Positions 58,054-64,000 of a DNA stretch of 64,000 nucleotides are shown in pieces. Numbering within the stretch: the stretch's first letter is position 1; each line of letters begins with the position of its first letter. The DNA is from an uncultured Candidatus Rokubacteria bacterium (GTDB lineage: Bacteria; Methylomirabilota; Methylomirabilia; Rokubacteriales; CSP1-6). The position numbers were made by a program, and so were the translations under genes. The notes below the pieces were generated by a model. The model was not told where the DNA came from. It searched no databases and was given only the letters and a program-made list of their open reading frames with translations. Location of the stretch: assembly GCA_963754315.1 (NCBI GenBank), contig CAVWFS010000007.1, positions 32,001 to 96,000 on the forward strand, written 5' to 3'.

Positions 58054-58488
58054 TCACGTGAGCTCGCCCAGCAGCTGGATCTGCAGCGTATCGACCTCGC
58101 CGCGATAGCTGTCTCGCTGGGCCTTCACCACGTCGCCGATCGACACGATTCCAATCAGACGTCCCTTGTCGACGATCGGCAGGTGGCGGATGCGCCTCGT
58201 GGTCATGGTGTCGCCCACGGCCAGGAGATCGTCCTGCGGCGTACCAAGGACGAGGTCCGAGGTCATGATGTCCCGGACGCGTTGCGTGAAGAGCTGCTCA
58301 CTGCGCGCCGCCTCGCGGACGATGTCGCGCTCCGACACGATCCCGACGGGGGCTGCGCTTTCGTCCACGACGACGAGAGCACCGATGTTGTGACGAGCGA
58401 GCAGGCTGAGTGCCTCTCTGATCGTCTGTTCCGGGCGGGTGGTCACTACCAGAGATCCCTTGGTCGCCAGAAGGTTTGCGATGTTCAT
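58054..58488 (-). CDS. CBS-domain pair protein
   Basis: NIGALVVV..GIVSERDIV...RIRHLPIV..GIVSIGDVVK. Confidence 0.92.
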   Translation of the reverse strand: MNIANLLATKGSLVVTTRPEQTIREALSLLARHNIGALVVVDESAAPVGIVSERDIVREAARSEQLFTQRVRDIMTSDLVLGTPQDDLLAVGDTMTTRRIRHLPIVDKGRLIGIVSIGDVVKAQRDSYRGEVDTLQIQLLGELT

Positions 58489-58592
58489 CTCAGGTCTCCG
58501 TGCTCACGAGGGCATAGGCCGCCGGCGCGCTCCGCGAGCCACTTCTGATCTTACCGCAAGGGCGCCTCAGCGTAAGCCGACCGCCCTCTCCC

Positions 58593-60134
58593 CTACCCCG
58601 CCGAGCCCGGGTCGCGCGCGGCTAGACGACACAGGGCGGCGGCGGCCCCGTAGCCCCCCGCGAGCTGCAGGGGTAGTCCGGAGGGCGGAGCCCACGGCCA
58701 GAACAGGGCGCCGCTCGCGAGCGGGGAGTGGATCAGACCGCACAGCGTAGCCATGCTGGCCACACCGAGCGCCACCGCCGCCAGGCCGAAGCGTTGCTCG
58801 ATGATGAAGACGGTTGCCGAACTCCACAGAAGAGCCGTGAGGATGAAGCCGTTACCGAGGACGGTGATCGTCGCAAAGCTCAGCGCGGCCTCCGGAGCCA
58901 GATCGGCGGCGCTCTTGCCGACCCCGGCCAGCAAGCTGCCCGACTGAATCAGGACAAGAGCGGCGATCACCGGAAGGAACCCGATGGCCACCGCCGCCCC
59001 GTGCTGCGGTGGTGAGGCCAGGAAGCCCTGGGCGGTGATCTCGAGGCCAACGAAGATGAGAATGGTGGCCACCGCCGCCTCGGGCAACATGGCTACCACC
59101 CATGGAAGAATCCCGAGCGAGGCTCCGACGCCGATCACCAACGCCGTGGCCAGCGTGTACCCCGCCCGCGCCCCCATGGCCTTGTAGGCGGGATGACCGA
59201 TGTAGGGCGTGTTCTGGACGACGCCGCCGCACACGCCGGCGACGACGGTAGCGATCGCTTCCGTCAGGAGGATGTCCCGCGTGCGATAGCCGTCGCCGGC
59301 CGCCAGCGCACTCTCGGTGTTGTCGATACCCCCGATCGTCGTGAGCAGGGCAAAGGGGAGCGCGATCGATAGGTACGGTACGGCCACGGTCCACGCCTCC
59401 AGCCAGGCCAGGGTCGGATACGGAATGGCCAGCGTCCAGGATGTCGGGGTGGGCACGACCGTCGAGATGCTGGCGCCGAACCAAGCGGCGATCCAGGCCA
59501 CCAGTACGCCGGCGGCAACGGCCACGCACGCCCCGGGAATGCCGAAGGGCATGCGGACCCGCCCGAGCAGTGCGAGCAGGAGAACCGTGAGCGCCACCAG
59601 GCCGACAAGAGGATCGCGCCAAACCTTGAGCGCGGGAAGGAAGGCAATCAACAGGATGGACACGGCAGCGATGGAGCCCAACAGCGCGGCCCGCGGCACC
59701 ACCCGGCGTGTCCAGTCACCCACGAAGGCCAGGGCGGTCTTGGCGAGGCCAACAGCGATGGTGACGGCCATCCCGACCTTCCACGCGAGCTCGGCATCGC
59801 CGGTCGCCAGCATGACCGGGCCCAGCACGCCAAACACCATAGCGAAGAGCGTCGGGGTGTCGATCCCAAAGGGCATGGCGGTGACGTCGGTGCGGCCTGT
59901 GCGTCGCATCAGTCGTACAGCGAGCACGGTGTAGGCGAGGTCGCCCACGAGCACACCGAGGGCGGTTCCAGGCACCATGCGGTAGAGCACGAGGTCGGGC
60001 GGGAACTTGAAAACACCGACGAGGAGGCTGGTCAAAATGATCAGCTGGGTAACGTTATCGAGGGCAAGTCCTAGGAAGCCGTTGAGGTCACCTGGGCGGA
60101 TCCAGAGAGGCCAATGTCGCGAGCGGTCCATCAC
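58593..60134 (-). CDS. NCS2/AzgA-like (xanthine/uracil/vitamin C) permease
   Basis: GDLNGFLGLALDN, VTAMPFGIDTP, NTESALAAGD, TPYIGHPAYKAMGARAGY; many TM segments. Confidence 0.8.
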   Translation of the reverse strand: MMDRSRHWPLWIRPGDLNGFLGLALDNVTQLIILTSLLVGVFKFPPDLVLYRMVPGTALGVLVGDLAYTVLAVRLMRRTGRTDVTAMPFGIDTPTLFAMVFGVLGPVMLATGDAELAWKVGMAVTIAVGLAKTALAFVGDWTRRVVPRAALLGSIAAVSILLIAFLPALKVWRDPLVGLVALTVLLLALLGRVRMPFGIPGACVAVAAGVLVAWIAAWFGASISTVVPTPTSWTLAIPYPTLAWLEAWTVAVPYLSIALPFALLTTIGGIDNTESALAAGDGYRTRDILLTEAIATVVAGVCGGVVQNTPYIGHPAYKAMGARAGYTLATALVIGVGASLGILPWVVAMLPEAAVATILIFVGLEITAQGFLASPPQHGAAVAIGFLPVIAALVLIQSGSLLAGVGKSAADLAPEAALSFATITVLGNGFILTALLWSSATVFIIEQRFGLAAVALGVASMATLCGLIHSPLASGALFWPWAPPSGLPLQLAGGYGAAAALCRLAARDPGSAG

Positions 60135-60182
60135 GGTCTCGTGTTCAGGCCGTGGTCCGGATCGGCTCGTCAGGCGTCGGTA

Positions 60183-60485
60183 CTACTCGGCGCGCCCGAC
60201 CGCAGCCGCCGTTGAAACCAGCGCGCGCACCTGAGCGCGCACTTTGTCAGCCCGGGCCTGACACCAGGCGAGGTTTCCACGGTTGTCGGCCACCTCCCGG
60301 TAGTTGACCTCCGAGACCGAGCTCAGCTGATTCCCGAGACGAAAGCCGACACCGTACGAGCCGCCCTCGCCTTCCGCCCGTGCATCCAGGATGACCTCGG
60401 CCCGGGGATCTTCCCGCTTGGCATGGGAGGTGGTGAAGTTCCAAAGCCAGCGGCCGACCTCTTCGTAGGTGCCCCCCGAGAACAC
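60183..60485 (-). CDS. Hypothetical protein (100 aa)
   Basis: ORF fills the gap; GTG start 6 nt after TAGAAT; globular-looking sequence; no family recognised. Confidence 0.65.
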   Translation of the reverse strand: MFSGGTYEEVGRWLWNFTTSHAKREDPRAEVILDARAEGEGGSYGVGFRLGNQLSSVSEVNYREVADNRGNLAWCQARADKVRAQVRALVSTAAAVGRAE

Positions 60486-60541
60486 GCCGCAATTCTAGCG
60501 CGGACGCTTTGCGAGCACGCGTTACGTGGGTTCCCACGGGG

Positions 60542-62829
60542 TCAGCATTCGTTGAATCCGCAGGAGAGACACTTCTTGCATCCCTCCTCGTAGACGAATG
60601 TTGCCTGTCCGCATTCCTTGCAGAGATCGCCGATTCGCTTGGAGGTTGTCTCCCCTGCCGCTGGCGAGGACATCGGCTTGATCTGGCCCAGATGCTCGGC
60701 GAGGGTTCGCGCCAGCGCGTCGGGCAAGGAGAGGATCTTTCCGGGGCCAAAGCCCATGGACGAGCCTCCACCGATGCGGGACAACTGGCTGATAACTTCC
60801 TCAAGCCGTCTCGTAGGCGACAAGGGCGAAGGAAGCCTCAATGTGAGCGAAATGAGTCGTCCGAGGGCCTCGGCCACGGCCATGGTATCGGAGCCGCCCT
60901 TCCCGACCTGGACGAACACCTCGAATGGGTCACCGTCCGGTGTGTCGTTGACCGTGATGAACGCAGTGCCGATCGGGGTTTCCATCCGGTACGTGGAGCC
61001 CTTGAGGCTATGGGGACGAGGCTTGATGACGGCCGGCCCGGGGCCTGGAAGCAAGCCGGCTTCCTTCTCCTTCTTGGCGCCGACGCCGACATTCAGCACT
61101 TGCTCGCCCTTGCAGCCGTCGCGGAACACCGTGATGCCGAGGCAGCCAAGGTCCCAAGCCAGCCGATAGGCGTTGGCCACATCGTCTTCACCGGCGCTGT
61201 TGGGGAGATTGATCGTCTTGGAGACACCGTTGTCCGTATGGCGCTGGAAAGCCGCCTGGTGGCGCACGTGCCAAACATAGGAGATCTCGTGTGACGTCTT
61301 GAAGACCCGCGCAGCCTCCTCGGGAACACCGGGAATGCCGTGCAGGGTTCCTCGCTGGACAATCTCCTGCATGAGGGCGTCGGAATAGAAGCCCTGCTCC
61401 CGGGCGATCCGCTCGAACGTCTCGTTCACGAACGTCAGCACGCGTTCCCCGTCGGCCTGCTTGACGCGATGCTCGAAGGCGAGGGCGAAGATTGGCTCGA
61501 CCCCGGAGGAGCATCCGGCGATCATCGAGATGGTGCCGGTGGGGGCGATGGTCGTGACCGTCGAGTTGCGCATGGGTCGGCCGAAGCGATAGATCGACTG
61601 GCTCCAGTTCGGGAAGGGTCCGCGCTCCTCGGCGAGCTTCGCGCACTGATCGTGGGAGATCTCTTTGACGAACGACATGACCTGATCGGCGAGATCGATG
61701 GCCTCCTGGCTGTCGTAGGGGATGCCCATGAGGAACAGCAGATCGGCCCAGCCCATGATGCCCAGTCCGATGCGACGGTTGGCCTTCACCGTCGCATCGA
61801 TCTCCGGGAGCGGGTACGGGTTCATCTCGATGACGTCGTCGAGAAAGCGCACGGCGAGCCGGATGACGCGCTCCATGTCGTCCCAGTCGATCGAGCTCTC
61901 ACCACCCGCGCGGCGCACGAACTTCGAGACATTCAAAGAGCCCAGGTTGCAGGCCTCGTTGGGCAAGAGCGGTTGTTCCCCGCAGGGGTTGGTCGCCTCG
62001 ACCGTCCCGATGTCCGGCGTCGGGTTGGCAGGACTGGCATTGATCCGATCGATGAAGACCATCCCGGGGTCGCCTGTCCGCCAGGCAGCGCGGACGATCC
62101 GCGCGAAGACCTCGCTCGCCGACAGCCGACCCGCCACGTCCTTCGTATGGGGATTGATGAGATCGTAATCCTGGCCCTTGCTGAGAGCTTCCATGAAGGC
62201 ATCGGTGGCGGCCACCGACACGTTGAAGTTGGTGATGCCGCCGTCCAGCTTGCACTCGATGAACTCCAGGATGTCGGGGTGGTCGACGCGCAGGATGCCC
62301 ATGTTGGCGCCGCGCCGAGTCCCCCCTGCTTGACGGCTTCGGTGGCGCTGTTGAACACGCGCAGGAACGAGACGGGGCCCGACGCTCGGCCGCCCGTCGA
62401 CTTGACCAGGTCGTCCTTCGGACGAAGGCGTGAGAAGGCGAATCCCGTTCCGCCGCCCGACTTGTGAATGATGGCGGCCGCCTTCACCGAGTCGAAGATT
62501 TCTTCCATCGAGTCGCCAACAGGCAAGACATAGCAGGCTGAGTACTGGAGCCCGTTACCTTTGCCCGCGTTCATCAGAGTGGGCGAGTTCGGGACAAAGG
62601 CCCCATCCACGATGACGTCGTAGAAGGCCGCGGCGATCTCTCCCACCGCAGCCGGACTGCGTCCGTACCGCTCCTCACCCGCCGCGATCGAGCGTGCGAC
62701 CCGCCAGCACATCTCTTCAGGGGTCTCCGCCACCTCGCCACCGCGGCGAGCGAGGTAGCGCTCCCGCAGGACTCGAAGCGCTGGCTCGGTCCACGTGCCG
62801 ACCTTACTTGGGCGAGTGTCAGACACCAT
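60542..62829 (-). CDS. nrdJ: Class II (adenosylcobalamin-dependent) ribonucleotide reductase; G6 frameshift near 62321-62326
   Basis: PNSPTLMNAG, SACYV, GGGTG, KQGG(TRRGAN)M, TNPCGEQPL..EACNLGS, TIAPTGTIS, VSKTIN, C-terminal TSCPD-like domain and Cys4 ribbon. Confidence 0.93.
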
Positions 62830-62933
62830 GAGGCTTCTCCTTTTCCCGGCGCCATCGGGGGTACGGGGCACCCTGTGCGAACAGCGCCCGACCATTCATC
62901 GTACCCCCGCCCATCCAGCTGCTCAACGACCCA

Positions 62934-62981
62934 ACACCACATCTTGTGGTGACGGGCACTCTAGCATTCTGAATGTAGCGC
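62934..62981. promoter_or_regulatory. NrdR boxes upstream of nrdJ
   Basis: ACACCACATCTTGTGG (62934-62949) plus weaker ATTCTGAATGTAGCGC (62966-62981) 32 bp away, flanking a minus-strand TGcTAGAGT -10. Confidence 0.75.
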
Positions 62982-63140
62982 CCGTCAAGAAAAAAGCTGT
63001 CCACAGGATTTCCACCGTGCGCCGCCCAAACCCTTTTGTGCACTGCCCGTCTGCCCGCGCGCAGCTGGAGCGAACTCGCGTGATATTCTCCCAGCGAAAA
63101 GTCATGTGAGCGCACTCGTTTTTGAGGAGGGACTCCGCTG

Positions 63141-64000
63141 ATGACACCAACACTGAGGGTGGCCATCGTCCCCTTGGTCGTGGCCCTTGCCATCGTCGCC
63201 GGTTCGGTCGCGCCGACTGCGGTCTGGGCCCAGGCTACCCCCCCCATCCCGACCGGCCCGACCAAGGGCGACTTTCCCCGGCTGAACGGCAAGGTGGTCA
63301 GCCTCGAGGAGGCTGTGGCGATCGCCTTGGATGCGCAACCCCAGATCCAGGCGCGTCTGTACGACTACGCCGCGGTACGCTTTCGTGTCGATCAGGCCTT
63401 TGCCCCGCTCCTCCCGCAACTGTCGGCCGTCCTGTCCGGTCAGTACTCTTCTTCAACCGTGCTGACGACCTCGACGGGCGGAACCACGATCGCGGTCCAA
63501 TCCTCGCGGACCCTCGAGGACACGTTCCTGGGTCAGGTGTCGCTCTCGCAGCTGCTCTTCGATTTTGGCAAGACCGTCGCCTCCGTCGACGCCGCGCGCA
63601 AGCTGGCTGAGGTCTCTCGATTCGACATCGAGCTGCAGCGCCAGCTGGTCACCCTGGCCGTCAAGGAGGCGTATACCAACACGCTCTTCGCGCAACGACT
63701 CATCAAGGTCCAGCGGCAGGCGCTCGAGCGGGCCGATCTGAACCTCAGGTCGGTCCGTGGCTTCTTCGAGGTCGGGACCCGTCCTAAATCGGACGTCGTA
63801 CGCGCCGAGGTGGACGTGGCCAACGCCCGCGTGGACAACATCCGGGCCGACAACGCCGAGCGCGTGGCGCGCGTGGCCCTCAATACCTCCATGGGGGTCC
63901 CTGCCAACACCAAGTTCGAGCTTGTTGACAACTTGGTGTACCTCAAGGTGACCGATCCCGATCGCGACCTGATTGCCGAGGCCCTCACCCAGCGACCAGA
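63141..64000 (+). CDS. TolC-family outer membrane efflux protein (partial, runs off the window)
   Basis: GAGGAGG RBS; signal peptide; SLEEAVAIAL, LLPQLS, LSQLLFDFGK, VKEAY, FEVGTRPKSDVVRAEV (hand translation). Confidence 0.92.
   Translation, partial: MTPTLRVAIVPLVVALAIVAGSVAPTAVWAQATPPIPTGPTKGDFPRLNGKVVSLEEAVAIALDAQPQIQARLYDYAAVRFRVDQAFAPLLPQLSAVLSGQYSSSTVLTTSTGGTTIAVQSSRTLEDTFLGQVSLSQLLFDFGKTVASVDAARKLAEVSRFDIELQRQLVTLAVKEAYTNTLFAQRLIKVQRQALERADLNLRSVRGFFEVGTRPKSDVVRAEVDVANARVDNIRADNAERVARVALNTSMGVPANTKFELVDNLVYLKVTDPDRDLIAEALTQRP

Noticed and set aside
62300..62340. Programmed frameshift or two-subunit NrdJa/NrdJb
   Set aside because: The break is inside the conserved QGGTRRGA loop at a G6 run and one G restores it; known NrdJa/b splits are near the C-terminus.
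62830..63140. Cobalamin riboswitch upstream of nrdJ
   Set aside because: No B12-box or GGGAA/GCCACTG core is visible; the region is explained by NrdR boxes and divergent promoters.

Overview
High-GC bacterial chromosome segment from a diderm, LPS-producing lineage. Gene content and a GGGGGGCC-N5-GGCCCCCC repeat suggest Ca. Rokubacteria/Methylomirabilota (inference only). The first ~5.7 kb holds small accessory genes in mixed orientation and ends at a 28-bp XerCD dif-like site (5759-5786). To its right, about 42 of 46 genes lie on the minus strand and are mostly housekeeping: paaK/paaA-like, miaB, accA, dnaE, guaA, guaB3, coaX, birA, valS, metK, PGI/PMI, rapZ, rpoN, lptCAB, kdsD, kdsA, pyrG, cca, murJ, holA, lptE, leuS, uvrBC, nrdJ. 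No CRISPR, IS, prophage, rRNA or tRNA was recognised. Main observations: (1) a two-hairpin palindromic repeat family present as a 114-bp tandem array, a diverged solo copy, and a degenerate in-frame copy inside motif A of the tRNA nucleotidyltransferase; (2) an enlarged, divergent FBP aldolase/phosphatase homologue paired with a SorC/CggR-type regulator and a candidate operator; (3) tandem NrdR-like boxes at nrdJ and also over the guaB3-guaA-dnaE-accA promoter; (4) an LptF-LptG fusion; (5) a solo PaaA-like diiron protein; (6) a sigma54 box before lptCAB-rpoN, a Rex-like box before a cytochrome c gene, and several apparently leaderless genes. Six genes, including leuS, carry frameshifts that look like long-read assembly errors. 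All calls come from motif recognition by eye; no searches were run.
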